Source: Epithemia pelagica (lineage: Eukaryota; Protista; Bacillariophyta). Taken from it: 64,000 nucleotides of DNA. Below are positions 12,101 to 25,000 of the stretch, piece by piece. The position numbers were made by a program, and so were the translations under genes. The notes beneath the pieces were generated by a model that had not been told where the DNA came from, made no database searches, and was given only the letters and a program-made list of their open reading frames with translations. Each line of letters begins with the position of its first letter. Position 1 is the stretch's first letter. The DNA is taken from assembly GCA_946965045.2 (NCBI GenBank), contig OX337239.1:2604001-2668000 (forward strand), read 5' to 3'.

Positions 12101-15100
12101 TGATCAATGTGATCACTTCCATCCATCCCCACCCAGTCCACTACCATCGCCTCCACCAGCACCCGACCCCTCACCCCCACGTATCATCCAAACAAGCATC
12201 CATGACTTTCCAAATTACCCACCACCCAGCAACACCAATGATTCCTGGGGCGACCCGTGTCTGCCCAAGGCCGAACATCATATGCGCATATACTTCCAGA
12301 ACATAAATGGTTTGAAGGCAGCCTCGGATTTTAGTCACGTCCAAACTCTTGCCATCACAGCACTTGGCGCTGAGATCGACGTTCTCGGATTGGCGGAAAC
12401 AAATATAGACTGGCGGCACCGAGAGGTAAACCACACGATCTTTCGGCAATTCAACCAAGTGCTTAAACCTTGCACCCTGGCTACAGCAACCACCAATATC
12501 CGTTACAACACATACTACAAGCCGGGGGGAACCTGCCTATTGGCGCATGGCAATTGGCAGCCTCGTTGTCGCCGTCTTTCCGACCCGATGCAGATGGGAC
12601 GCTGGTCTACCTTACTCATCCGTGGCCGTCATCGCAGTAAACTGGCCATTATTTCGGCGTACCGAGTATGCAATCAGGACCCAAGTCAGGCGGGCGGGCG
12701 CACAGCTTACATGCAACAATGGCAAATGTTGCGAACACAGCACCCAAACTGCACCCCAGATCCACGCCGTCAATTTTTCATCGATCTAAAGGCAGAAATC
12801 GCACGGCTAACAACCGAGGACTACGAAGTGGTGGTTATGCTAGATGCGAACGAAAGCATGTACGATCGGAATAGCAACCTTCTCCAGTTTGTCCAAGAGA
12901 GCCAATTGACAGATTTACATCTACTTCGCCACTCGGCCATTCATTCCAACCCACCAGGTACCTACCAAAGAGGCTCCAAACGGCTTGACTACATTTTCGG
13001 CACCAGGCTTATCGCGAATTGCACTGCACGGGCGGGCATTTCGGCGTATCACGAGTACTTCTCATCCGACCATCGCGGTCTGTACGTGGATTTGGATGTG
13101 AATCAATTCTTCGGCGGCCAACCGACGCCCCTTGATATCACGGCCACTCGCCTTCTTCATTCCCACCGTATTCAACACGCTATGGCCTATCGATCCCACA
13201 TCCTAGAATATTCACAACAGCATAAACTGACACAACGTTCAGAGGCACTCGAACAGCTCGCTTGTACCGACCCATCACACCCCAGCATCCCGAAGATGCT
13301 CAATGGCATCATTGAAGATTTAACAAGAGGAATGTTAGCGGCGGAAAAGAAGTGTGGGGCACATCACTCCCATCCTTGGTCCCCCACCCTGGTCAATGCA
13401 CGCCGCCGAGTTCGTTTTTGGAGGATTTGGCTTTCCGAACTCAGAACAGGCCGTTCCTTTTCGAATGAACGGGCCCAACTGGCATCCGAGGCTCAATGGG
13501 AACCTCCCGAGATTCCTCTTCCGCCAACCCGCCGGATACTCATACGCCACCTCCGCCAAGCCAAAAGCCACCTCTCGGAGTGTGAAAGAAAAGCCGTCTT
13601 GTTACGCGAGGAATTTTTAGAAGAGCGCGCTGCATATTGGGCCAAGGTTCTAGACCAAAAGAAATCCGCGGTTCTTGCCGGTCTCCATGGAGTCGAAACA
13701 ATCCAACGAGTTTTCTACAGATTCCGAACTATGCTACGGAAGCACCAATCTGGCGGTGGCCTCGCGTCACTCAAGGTCCCTATCACGGATGACAATGGGG
13801 TTCCAACGACCGAGTACAAATGGTTACACGATCCTGACGAAATCGGGCCTCGATTGATCCAACGTAATCTCAACCATTTTAGTCAAGCCCGTGGCCCGTT
13901 CACCCAAGGTCCGGTTCTCGAATGTCTGGGACGCAACGCCGCCCATGGCCAGCACGGTATTCAGAAGGCACTGGCACTCACCGACATTACCCCAGCCACC
14001 AAAGCACTATTGGGTCAACTCCAAGGCACTCCATTACCCCGTATCTCCAATACTATCACAGGAGCCGACCTCCGCCAGAAATTTCAACGGTGGTCAGAAT
14101 CGACATCTACGTCACCAAGCGGCGTTCATCTAGGCCACTACAAATCGCTGCTATTGCTTGACATCAAGAAACCAGACAGTGCTCCGGCTGCCCAGTTGGC
14201 CCACCAACCCGATTCCGTAGCTACGTCCAGGGCGACTCAAGACCGCAGCATTGGCGACCAGATAACCACCCACGACGATTCATTGACTCAAAGCGCTCCG
14301 GCCTTCAATAGTTGCGCCCATCTTTTTGATGTAATGGGCCACGCATTGACCGCCTCCTTCAAATCCGGTCACGTGGCTGACCGCTGGCTGACCGTCCACA
14401 ATACTATGCTAGAAAAGGACCCCGGAGATCCCAGAATCGATCGGCTTCGAGTCATCCATATTTTTGATGCGGTATGGAACGCCGGCCTTGGCATTCTCTG
14501 GTCTCGTCGTCTCATGCCTCAATGTGAGCGTCACTCTGCCCTCCATGAGGGACAATGGGGATCCCTGCAAGGAAAAAAGGCCATCGAATGTGTTTGCATC
14601 AAACAATTCACATACGAAATAGCGGCATTTACAAGGACTGACCTCGTTACCTTTGACAATGACGCAAAATCTTGCTATGACCGCATCGTCATGGCATACG
14701 CCCTCGCATGTTGTATCCACCTGGGACTTCCCGAAATGACCGCCGTTGCATTCGGGAAGTTTCTCGACGAAGCACGCTATCACGTCAAGACGGTTTTAGG
14801 CGTCTCCACCGACTCCTACTCGCACGGCGACGACGACAAGGACCTTCATGGTCCAGGACAAGGCAGCCAACCTGGTCCATGTTTATGGGCAATAGAGTGT
14901 TCTCAAATCATGGCGGCTCTAACAAAGCATTTTACTGGCGTCGATCTATGCACACCAGACCGCGAACTACAAATTGCTCAAGCACTCCAAGGCTTTGTCG
15001 ACGATGTTGCAAACGCGTCATCCAAATTCCAAGAAACTTTACACCATTTCACCGAATTCACGTATACCGAAGAACAATCCCAGCAATTCTTACACCTTCT

Positions 15101-18100
15101 AGTCCAGGAGGCCACTGAGATGGCTCAGTGGTGGGAAACGCTTTTATGGCACTCGGGTGGACAACTCGAGTTCCGTAAATGCTTCCTGTACATTCTCCAC
15201 TGGACATTTGACCCGTCCGGCATCCCCCTTCCTGCTACCGTAGACCAACTCAAGGCCATGGGAATCTCCGTGTCTCTTACCAACAGTGACGACAACACTA
15301 CGACGGAATTCCGACACATGGACTGTTCAGTGGCAACCCGCACATTGGGCTGCATGGTCGCCCCTAACGGATCTTCCAAGCTTGAAGTCTCTCACCTAGC
15401 GAAGAAAGGCCACCGGTTGGGTGTTGCGTTAGCAGTGAACAAAATCAGCAGAAAAGCCTCACGTACCTTCTATCGTTCTATATTTCTCCCATCGATGACA
15501 TACTCTCTCCCCAGCACTCATTTATCTTACAAAGACTGTCAAACAATACACAAATCCTCGACCGGCCAACTTTTGAATTCTCTCGGATTCCCCCGGAATT
15601 TTCCCCATGCACTTACTTTTGCTCCTCGGGAACTTGGTGGCGTCGGTTTCACTCACCTTTGGGTGGAACAAGGATGTCAACACCTCCATTCGATTCTGCT
15701 CCCGACCCTCCGGGGCCAACCGAATATATTACGCAAAACATTGGTGATTCTACTTAAATGGGCCCACCTTTACTCCGGATTCATCTTCCATCCCTTGCAA
15801 GATGTCGACCAGCGCATTCCATATCTTCCAAGTGGCTGGTTCCAGGTTACCCGCGACTTTCTCGCCGAGAGTGATGCCTATCTCGAGCTCCCCGAGAATG
15901 AATTTCCGACACCCCGACTACTTCGAACTGGCGACTCAAACTTGATGGAAACGGCATGCCGAGGCAAATGGACCCCACGAGAATTGATGCATATCAACAA
16001 TTGCCGATTGTTTTTGAAGGTTCGGTTCCTCTCCGAGGTTTGCACGCTGTTGGGCGACGAGCTCTACGCGCCTTGTCTTACCGGCGGCTCACCAACTTTA
16101 TCACAACCGCCTGCTACGGAACTGTGGCCCATTCAACAATGCCCAGGCGAGACCCAATGGGCCCTATTCCGTCGATTTTTACGCCATACATACTGCCGTC
16201 ATCATCGAACAAACAAGCTCAAAGATACACTCGATAGCTGGTTACCTCATTCTACTACAAGACTATGGCCGGCCTACTATAACATCACAAATGATCAAGT
16301 CCTCATTCGGTGTAACGGCGGAACCTATCTACGATATCATACTTCTGGTCGCGGCGTAACAGCGCTCTATGACAGAACCATCGAAGTCCCAATTTACCCT
16401 ATTATCTCCCAACTACCAGCCAACTGCTTCCCCACACGAGTCAATTGGCCCCGCCGTTTGTGTGCCATCCCCCCGGTCTTCAACTACGACGGGACATATG
16501 ATCCAGGACCACCACCACCCGGCCTCATCGACAGTTTCCAACATCAACACCCCCATTTTGAGGCTTCAGAGTTCGTAGTACAAGAAACTGGGCAACAACA
16601 ACTATGTTCGACCTTCAATACTGCGGTCACTCTTCCCGAGGTTTATTTCGTTTGCGATGGAGGATCTCGGCCCCCGACGGGTTCTTTCGGATGGGTGATC
16701 GGCGACGAGCACGATGAATGGCTCAAAGCCAATGGACCAGCTATGGGCTGGCCCATGTCGTCGTTCCGCGCGGAAGCATGGTCGATTTGGAACTTGTTGA
16801 GCTTCCTCCGCCACCTGCTCCTCCATTACGGATTCCAAGGCAACCCCATTCAAATTCTTACCATACACACCGACAGCTTAAGTTTTATTCAACGATTCCA
16901 AGAATTACAGTCCTATGGCGAACTGTGGTATTCCTCAATCTACATGCGCAAAGACATCGACATCTTCACCGAAATCTTCGCCACATTGCGCACGTTCCCG
17001 TATTACATTCAATTCGAACACGTCCCAGGTCATCAAGACAACGAAGTCAGCTATTATTTTCTTTCAAGACCCGCCCAGCTCAATGTTCAGGCCGATCTTA
17101 GGGCCACGGCCGCTTTGGATCGCCAACCACTAGGCCACCGACCAACCATACCCTGGCTGCCCAACACGAAAGTACGCCTCGTCACCGCTGCACACGGTCC
17201 CCAAACAGGCGACGAATTGTCAACACTACGCAAATTGTTTCCCGGTAAACGATTAGCCTCGTATTTCCATCACAAATTCGGGTGGAATGATGCGGCCCAC
17301 CAACTCATTGACTGGGTCTCCTTCGAACAAGCTACTGCCAAGACCGAGATTTCCCGTACCTTCCTGGCCAAACTTCTCGTAGGCTGGTTACCCACAAATT
17401 CTCGGCTATCCCGCTACGAGCCCATCTCGGCCCACTGCCCAAACTGCCCCTGTGATGAGACGCAGACCCATCTCTATACCTGCCGCAGCTACCAATGCTG
17501 GCGGGATGCATTTCGCAAGAAAATAGACGATACAATGCGGAGTCTCTATACCGAACCCAGTCTCCACAACCATATCCTCCAATGCATCGATCACTTGCTT
17601 ATCTCACCGCGACCCGAACCACCGGCTCCGTGTCCTGACGACGACTTAAATGACTACGGCGCGATGCTACTGTTTCGGGGTTTCCTCCCTAGAGGATGGA
17701 GCGTCAACCAGACTGCATACCTGGCCGATCACCCGCATATCACTAATCAGAAGCACCCTCCTCCTCCATGGGCACCCACCATGATCTCTCATTTGTGGTA
17801 CGCCAGCAAGGACCTATGGTTCCAACGGAACCAGACCGTACACAAACATACCAACGAGGACAGCCCCCACACCCGTCGCCGTCTCGAAAACATGGTTCGC
17901 CAACTGTACCGAGCTGGCAATACACTCAACCATATTGACCGTGCTCCGTTCGAACAACCACTGTCACAACGTTTAGCTTCGTCATCTACGGCCGAACTTC
18001 GAGATTGGATGACTGTTATGGGCCCAGTCGTCGCAGCGGGCCGGAAACGACAAACCAACCAGCAACATCTCCATACACCAGACATCCGACGATTCTTTCC

Positions 18101-18269
18101 CACCATCGCAACGCACAAATCCTCTTGCGGACCCAGGACGGCCCACCCTCGACACTATGATGGACGCCTTCCACCACAACAAGACATTCGAGCTTACTTT
18201 ACCTTCCTACGACACTCTACTTCCAATTCAATCACCAACACAACAGGGGACAATAATCACCCGTCCTAA
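12101..18269 (+). CDS. LINE ORF2: AP endonuclease, reverse transcriptase, RNase H, CCHC finger (start uncertain)
   Basis: APE: YFQNING, GLAETN, LDANE, LDYIF, SDHR. RT: DNDAKSCYD, GQGS, GFVDD. RH: CDGG, RAE, HTDS, HVPGH, NVQAD. Finger: CPNCPCDETQTHLYTC. No stops in frame from 11472 to 18269. Confidence 0.93.
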
Positions 18270-18425
18270 CTCACCGTCCAATGTCATCCGCTCCCTTGTC
18301 CCTTGTTCAGTCCAATTCCTCAACATTCTAATCCCCTAAACCCGTCGCTCAGGCCGCGGTAGACGATTCCCCCTTATGTATGCCATAAGATTCGGATAGT
18401 CTTAAAAAATAGAAGTTACTCATAT

Positions 18426-18444
18426 ATACAATGGACGTCGGTTG
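18426..18444 (+). repeat. LINE target-site duplication, right copy (19 bp)
   Basis: Identical to 9334-9352. Confidence 0.93.
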
Positions 18445-18790
18445 GACCAAGTACCAACAAACTACATTGAGTTTTTGGTTCGAGAACAAGTTTGGAAAGA
18501 GCGTCCCCGACTGTGGCATGCCTTGGCTCGGGCGGGGCAAAAATGTAGCCGCACCACCGCCCCTGAGCTCCTTTCGTCGCCATGTTTGCCAGAGTGAAAG
18601 TGCTGGTTCGTCGTCGTCGTCGTCGTCGACAACGGTGAATTTTGTCTTGGATTTTGGAAAATATTCGGGTCAAGAGTGGAATGTAGTCCCACGTTCTTAT
18701 CGGAATTGGATTATTCGAGACAAGGTATGGGAAAAGCGCCCCAATCTTTCAAGAGCACTCCGGAATGCCGGATACCACTTGGAGACGTGA
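18426..18790 (+). pseudogene. SNF2 pseudogene, 3' part, with two FGKY-type repeats
   Basis: Removing the LINE restores LDFGKYNGRRLDQVPTNYIEFLVREQVWKERPRLWHALARAG. A second copy, LDFGKYSGQEWNVVPRSYRNWIIRDKVWEKRPNLSRALRNAG, follows in another frame. Confidence 0.8.
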
Positions 18791-19629
18791 CACTTTTTGG
18801 TTCAAGAAGAAGATGATGAAGCAACGCTTGGTTCCTAGTTTTTTATGTGCAATCGAGGCACAGTGAGGCGTAGCGGTGCTGTAGGCTGCTCAAGTGATGG
18901 CCAATCCTACCAGACGCAGGCTCGTTGAGAGGCCGGGAGCCCTGTGACAAACGCTGAATAGGCTGGATGCATTGCAACCCTCTTTATCGATGCCAGAGGT
19001 ATATGAGCCTTAGTAGGTAGTTGCTGTTAATTAGGCACCTTGAAGATTCTCCTCGTGACATTTCCACTTTGCACCATGGTCTGCCTAAAAACTAAATCGT
19101 GTTATTGTGCGCTTGTTGACTCGGATTGTATCAGTGATATTTTATTCCTCTCTCTTTGAGATGGCCGAGAATGTATATGCATCATTCAAAGAGTAGTACT
19201 TGTGGCTGCGCCAATGTCGTACAGAGGCACGACACTACGTGAGTAGGATTTTCTCTCTCTGGTAGGTAGGAGTAGTAGACAGTGTTGTTGTTGTTGTTAT
19301 CGTCAGGTGACGGGATCGGAAATCATGTCCACCTGTTGCAAGGGCCAACTCTCGGTTTCGCTGTGACCTAAAGCTGGGCGCACTTGCGGTACAGGCCAAG
19401 AGAACCTTGTTCCTTGTTTGGCATCTCCACGATTTCCCTAGCCCAGCATCACATGTGATTCGAGGACAACAAGAACCCAACAAGTTGAACTGTCGATGAG
19501 ATGGTTCCAAAGCGGCTAGGTTTTCGATGAAGTTTCCGATCTAGTTCCCCAAACCATTCATTCCTTGTTCTTATTCATCCTTTGGGTGCAACAGGAAATA
19601 AACTCACCGAGAGATAGTGCGAGCAACCA

Positions 19630-21456
19630 TTATGCTGGTGATGCATGGTAGTCAAAGGAGTAGGGATAGGGTTCCGAGTCGTACAAGTGCTGTCTTGACG
19701 AGGGAGCGGACGCGGACGCATGTGATCCATTCACGGCGTGACGAGGAGGAGAAGAAGAGTGTCGTAGTTGCACTTGAACCGTCCCATTGGGCAAAGTTTG
19801 CACGATAAACCGTTGTTCCAACCATGTGGCAAAGCGCGTATCTTCTGGACGGTCTTGTTCTTGTTGTGGTTGTTTGGCCTGTTGAATGACATTGGCAATT
19901 TGTTGGGGTGTCATGGACCATTGCGCTTGTCGTACCTGTTGCGAAATGGGTGGAACCTGTCCACTTCCTTGTAAGAGCGATTGAATTAATGTAGTATTCC
20001 AGTGAAATTGTCGACAAAATCCCTTGAGCCATGGTCGAACAGAATCATCAGGCAAATCTTGTTCCCCGACCAATGCCATGAATAAGTATCGTTCTCGATT
20101 CCGTTTCACACCCACGCGGGCATCGTTGCGACTGGCATAGGCTTGCCAACTGCCCAGGTAGTGTCGAACTCGTAACGGACCAAAACCCACTGGAAAAGCT
20201 TGTGGTGCACAGGACGGTATAATCCGATGAATACTTCCAGTAAAGGTCAAGGGAGAGGGAGGACCGGATACGTCCACAATGGATTTGCCCATGCCATTGA
20301 GGAACATATCGGAATGGGTCGTACGATGGAGCCAGGACAAGGTTTCAAAGTGACTGGCATTCAAAAAGGACGGCACGCCTTGTTGAATCCGATCCACCGA
20401 CTCTGAAACAGAGCCATAATAATTTCGTTCCATCACGATACAGTGATCCTTATACATTGCCTGGTACATTGTTTCCTGCGTTTGAAGCGCTGTTGTTGTT
20501 GTTGCTGCTGCTGCTGCTGCTGCTGTTGCTCTTCCTTGTTGGTGTCGTCCTCGTTTGCGTTTGTTTGCCACACCACTTGTAGTTGATAGTGATGCTGTCG
20601 TTGCGGTAGCAGTGGTTGGTACATTGGGCTGTTCTTCCAAGTAACGACGAATATTACCGGGTATGGTGACATGCCGTGTCGCATGAGGCACACTCAAGGG
20701 ATTCAAATAGATATACTCGTCCACATCATGAAAGGTCGTCCAGGTTCGATCACGGCTTCGGAAGTAGTGAGCACATTGTGCATAAAAGAATTTTTGGACC
20801 CGTCGATGACGTTCCCAGGGATCCAAATTGGCATGTTTTTTGGAATGGGGTTTGTATTGATGCAAATCCGTAAAGTTCCAGACATCAATCTGTATGTAAG
20901 ATCGCCATCGATGTACAATATTCATGGGTGAAGTTTCTGAGCGAGGATCAACCAACAAGACAACATGCCGTAATGGAAGCATGTAGTAATGATAAGCGAG
21001 CCATTCCGGTAAGCGATGATTTTCGTCCATAATCATGAGACACGCCGAAAACGAATTGTGGTAATCCAAAATTTCATTCTCTTCCAGTTGATGTTCTGGT
21101 GGAATGGTAGAAAGGTCCTCGTGATTCACTTCCATGATGGACTGAGAAGTTCGGGCGTTCTGGCTCATTTTCTTGTTGGTAGTGGTATCCACTTGTTGTG
21201 CTTGTGCATCGTTCGACAAGGTTGTTGTGTTTCCTCCAGACCATCTTTCCGATGTACTCGTACTTGTTGTATTTTTGAAATCCCGAATCCATTCTTCCAA
21301 AATGACACTGTTCATGGACAAGACGGCAGCATCTCCCCAGGTTTGAGGACTGATCTGAACCTGAATCATGACTTGGATTACATTCAATACCATGATGGCA
21401 CCCACAAAGACGAACCACACCAACCGCCATTGGCGGAACCCATTTCTTCGTCTCAT
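19630..21456 (-). CDS. Type II membrane glycosyltransferase-like protein (GT92/DUF23 or GT2-like)
   Basis: 608-aa ORF; N-terminal TM (LVWFVFVGAIMVLNVI); motifs FSACLMIMDENHRLPEWLAYH, TFHDVDEY (DxD), KSIVD and HYLGS. Confidence 0.75.
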   Translation of the reverse strand: MRRRNGFRQWRLVWFVFVGAIMVLNVIQVMIQVQISPQTWGDAAVLSMNSVILEEWIRDFKNTTSTSTSERWSGGNTTTLSNDAQAQQVDTTTNKKMSQNARTSQSIMEVNHEDLSTIPPEHQLEENEILDYHNSFSACLMIMDENHRLPEWLAYHYYMLPLRHVVLLVDPRSETSPMNIVHRWRSYIQIDVWNFTDLHQYKPHSKKHANLDPWERHRRVQKFFYAQCAHYFRSRDRTWTTFHDVDEYIYLNPLSVPHATRHVTIPGNIRRYLEEQPNVPTTATATTASLSTTSGVANKRKRGRHQQGRATAAAAAAATTTTALQTQETMYQAMYKDHCIVMERNYYGSVSESVDRIQQGVPSFLNASHFETLSWLHRTTHSDMFLNGMGKSIVDVSGPPSPLTFTGSIHRIIPSCAPQAFPVGFGPLRVRHYLGSWQAYASRNDARVGVKRNRERYLFMALVGEQDLPDDSVRPWLKGFCRQFHWNTTLIQSLLQGSGQVPPISQQVRQAQWSMTPQQIANVIQQAKQPQQEQDRPEDTRFATWLEQRFIVQTLPNGTVQVQLRHSSSPPRHAVNGSHASASAPSSRQHLYDSEPYPYSFDYHASPA

Positions 21457-21732
21457 GATGATTTTTTGTGTGTTATTGTCAGATTGTGTGTGTGTGTGTG
21501 TGGAATCAGAGTAGTTACAAGAGGAGAACGGAAACAGGGAGCCGTCGGGGTAATGATAGGGTCATATGGCCATACAGCTTTTTTCTTGCCACAACGTCAA
21601 ATGGCGGCACGCAAATAAAGCGCGACGGAAATCCAGTAGTCGCAGATAGAGAAGAAGGCGTACGTCTTTCACCCAACCAGTATCTTTTGTATTGTACCTG
21701 GCCATACCCAGTACAAGTACGAGCACTGGTAC

Positions 21733-21936
21733 TGCGGTACCCGGACTCTGTCCCGCCACGACTCCACGTAAACATGACTCGATAGGTCCCTAGTTGAATC
21801 TTTGACACCGACGTTCGCAGAATTCAGTCCGTCCTTGTCCCGTGTGCAGATGGCTTCTCTGGCCATCGCTCACTTTCCTAGCCTAATTCCTAAAGATCAT
21901 AATTTTTACGTCCTACCATTATGCATGGGTATGGCA
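21733..21936 (+). repeat. Gypsy 5' LTR
   Basis: TGCGGTACC...TATGGCA; 203/204 identical to 27227-27430. Confidence 0.95.
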
Positions 21937-22073
21937 CTCTGATCAGATTCCTCAACGCCCTTGTTTTTCCTTCTTCACCATAACACAGCTCCGGCGGCCG
22001 ACGTTTGTGCAATTCCTTTTGCCCGTCCTTTGATTCCTTTCCTTTCATTTTCTCACCATTGCATCTCTCCATC

Positions 22074-25000
22074 ATGGCAGACAACACCAATGGGTTCATT
22101 ACCCTTGTCGATGCACTCTGCTTCCAACGTCGTGTTGATGAGGCTCTGTCCTCCGATTCCTTTTCCGCTCTCAAGCTCAAAGATGACGACAACAAGTATT
22201 ACGCCAACCTCCTCCCATTTCGGGAGTCGACGGATGAAGATCCTCGAGATCTCTTTCTTTGGGTCCTCCACTTCGTGGACAAGATCCGCATCTCCGGTCA
22301 TCCGGATCCCTTCGCCGCTTGTTGCGAGTATTTCCCTCGCTCGGTCACCAGCGCTATCGCCGATCCCTTTCTCGAAGCCTACAACGGTTTGCCTCCAGGC
22401 ACCAATCTCGATGAAGCCTGCTTTCAAGGTTTGATTGCTGCGGTCTTCGCTCCCCTTGTCCTTGTCAGTGAAGTTAGTGCTTTCCGCACCTTCCTTCTTT
22501 CTGGGCCCCGGAAGCCCTCAGACATGACAGTGGATTCGCATTTGCAATCCCTTCGCAAGTTCTCTAATGGTCTCAAGTACCTCAGCTCTGACGCTGCAAT
22601 CGTCCCCCTCACCGAAGACGAAATCAAACAAGCCTTTTACCAAGGTTGCCGACTACATGGCGCACGGAATTTCAACAAGCCAATCCCTTGGTGCCGGACA
22701 TTGTCAATCATTTTGACACGGCTGCTCTCTTGCAAGCCATGCGCGGATACCAGCGCGCCTCCAAGCAAAAGGCCCTACAACGTGAGCAACAGCAAAATCG
22801 TTCGCAGTCTCGTCAAGACCACTCTCGTCCTCGCGACTCCAACAACAGCGGCAATCGCGATCGTCGCGTGCGCTCTCGCCAATCTCGTGGTGGACTCCGC
22901 GGTGGCAATCGTGATTCCTCACGTGGCGGAAATCGCCGTGGCTCCTCCGACCGCAACGACTCCTCCGGAGACAATCGTGGCGCCTCCGATGGCAACTCCG
23001 ATCCCTGTCCGTATCGGACCACGATGGACTCCCATCGCAACCATTCTTGGGCTGATTGCATTTATAATCCTACGGGTCGCAATTTCAATCAAAGTCTTTT
23101 TGACGTCATGGTTCAACGTTCTAACCGTTCTACCGGTGGCGGCAACGCCGGAAACAATCCTCCTCAAGGTGGTGGTTCCAATGGCAATAACAACCCGCGT
23201 GGTGACTCTTCCGCTCCTCTGCGTTCCACTTGGGGCTCTCGTCCTTCTGCCCCAGGTCGTGGCAGTGATCAACACGCCTCTGACTCTGCTGGTGCCGGCA
23301 ATGGATGGAATGCCGTTCCTGCCAATCCTCCTGCCGTAGCTCCTCCTCCAGGATGCGTTCCTACCATTCCTGTCGATGCTGAGGGAATCCAGCAGTGGAG
23401 CGATCTTCGCAATCCTGAAAAGACGGTCCCCGGTACGTCTCACCTTTCATCTTCCTTTTCCTCGTCTCCTGACGATCAGACTCATCACCTGGACATTTTG
23501 TTCTCGCAGCAATGTCAGATCCAAACTGGCCCGCCAACAGCTATGCCGGCAGCGCAATCCATCCCAATGCACCCATCAACGAGGTCATCGACCAGCTCAA
23601 TAAAATCTATGGGCGCGGAATGGACATTTCCCACATCTACGACCTGTCCACCCAAGGAGGTCTCGCTGCTTACGCCCGCGTCTCTATGTCGTGATGACGC
23701 TTTTATAAGCGAGGTGATTGATCCTAATAACGGTTACTTGGATAACCTAGAGTCTTATGATGAGTTCTACTCCCAATTTCCTTCATCTAGTGATGTTCAT
23801 TCGTTAGATTCGCCTTCTCGGCCTGAATGCGTCCCACTCACCATCGTCATGGCTCGCCATATTGGCGGTGTTGAGAATACGCTTCCCTTGCGTGCCCTGC
23901 TCGATTCAGGCGCTGACAAGACGATTCTTCATTCACGCTGCCTTCAACCAGGCATGATACCGCGGTCTACCGACCGTTCCGTGAACACGACCATGGGAAC
24001 TCGTTCCGGTGTGTCCGAAATTCTCCTGGAAGACATTGTTCTCCCAGAGTTCTCACGAACCAAACACGTAACCTATCCCTTATGGGTCGACATCTATGAT
24101 GCTCCCAACAGTCGCTATGATATCATCATCGGTCGCGATTTGCTTCGCCGTCTGGGCGTCCTTCTTGATTTCGATCGTGGGATCTCCTCGTGGGACTCCA
24201 TTGAAGTCGCCATGCGCGACCGCGATTCATTCGCGACTGAACACGAGTTCGTCTCACATTTCATCGATCTCTTCGCAGATGATGACGTCCTCGGTGACGA
24301 TTACCTGCTTGATTCAAATTACAAACAGGCAGATCTCGATGAGCTTCTTGCTCAACAGACTCATCTGACGCCCTCACAACAACAAGATCTTCTTGGTGTG
24401 TGGCTGAAATGCGGGCGCATCTTTGATGGCGTCCTGCGTGCCTATCCGGACAAAGAGTTGCATCTCGATCTCATGCCCGATGCCAAACCGGCTCATCATC
24501 GTCATTTTGCGGTCCCTCGCAATATCCATGACACCTTTAAAAAGGAATTGTTTCGGTTTGTCGATATCAGCATTCTCGAACGAGTTGGTTCCACTGAATG
24601 GGCCGCTCCTCATTTCGCCATTCCTAAAAAGGATGGACGACTCCGAATGATCTCGGACTTTCGTTCGCTTAATGCGCAAATGTATCGCCTTGTCTATCCC
24701 TTTCCAAGGATCGAAGATATCCTTCGACGACGCAAAGGCTACAAGTATTTCACAAAACTTGACATCTCTATGTGTTTTCACACTTTCAAACTCGACGAGT
24801 TTTCCAGCAATCTTTGCGTTATCACCACGCCTTTCGGCAAGTTTCGCTATCGTCGTCTCCCTATGGGAGTTAAGCAATCCCCAGACTTCTGTCAGGAGCT
24901 CATGGAAGAAGTCCTCGCTGACTTTCGCGATCACGTCGAAGTCTACATCGACGATATCGGCGTCTTTTCCGACAGTTGGGAAGAACATGTCGAGATTCTC

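Larger units (their letters stand above)
9353..18425 (+). mobile_element. Full-length non-LTR retrotransposon (Ambal-like LINE, APE-RT-RNase H), 9.07 kb
   Basis: Bounded by a 19-bp TSD; ~100-nt 5' UTR, ORF1, ORF2 and ~155-nt 3' UTR ending in a short (AT)n instead of poly(A). Confidence 0.92.

Noticed and set aside
18830-19130. Possible minus-strand LINE-end remnants here and at 61112-61630 (which includes a C17 run)
   Set aside because: Only a compositional impression, with no alignable match inside the window.
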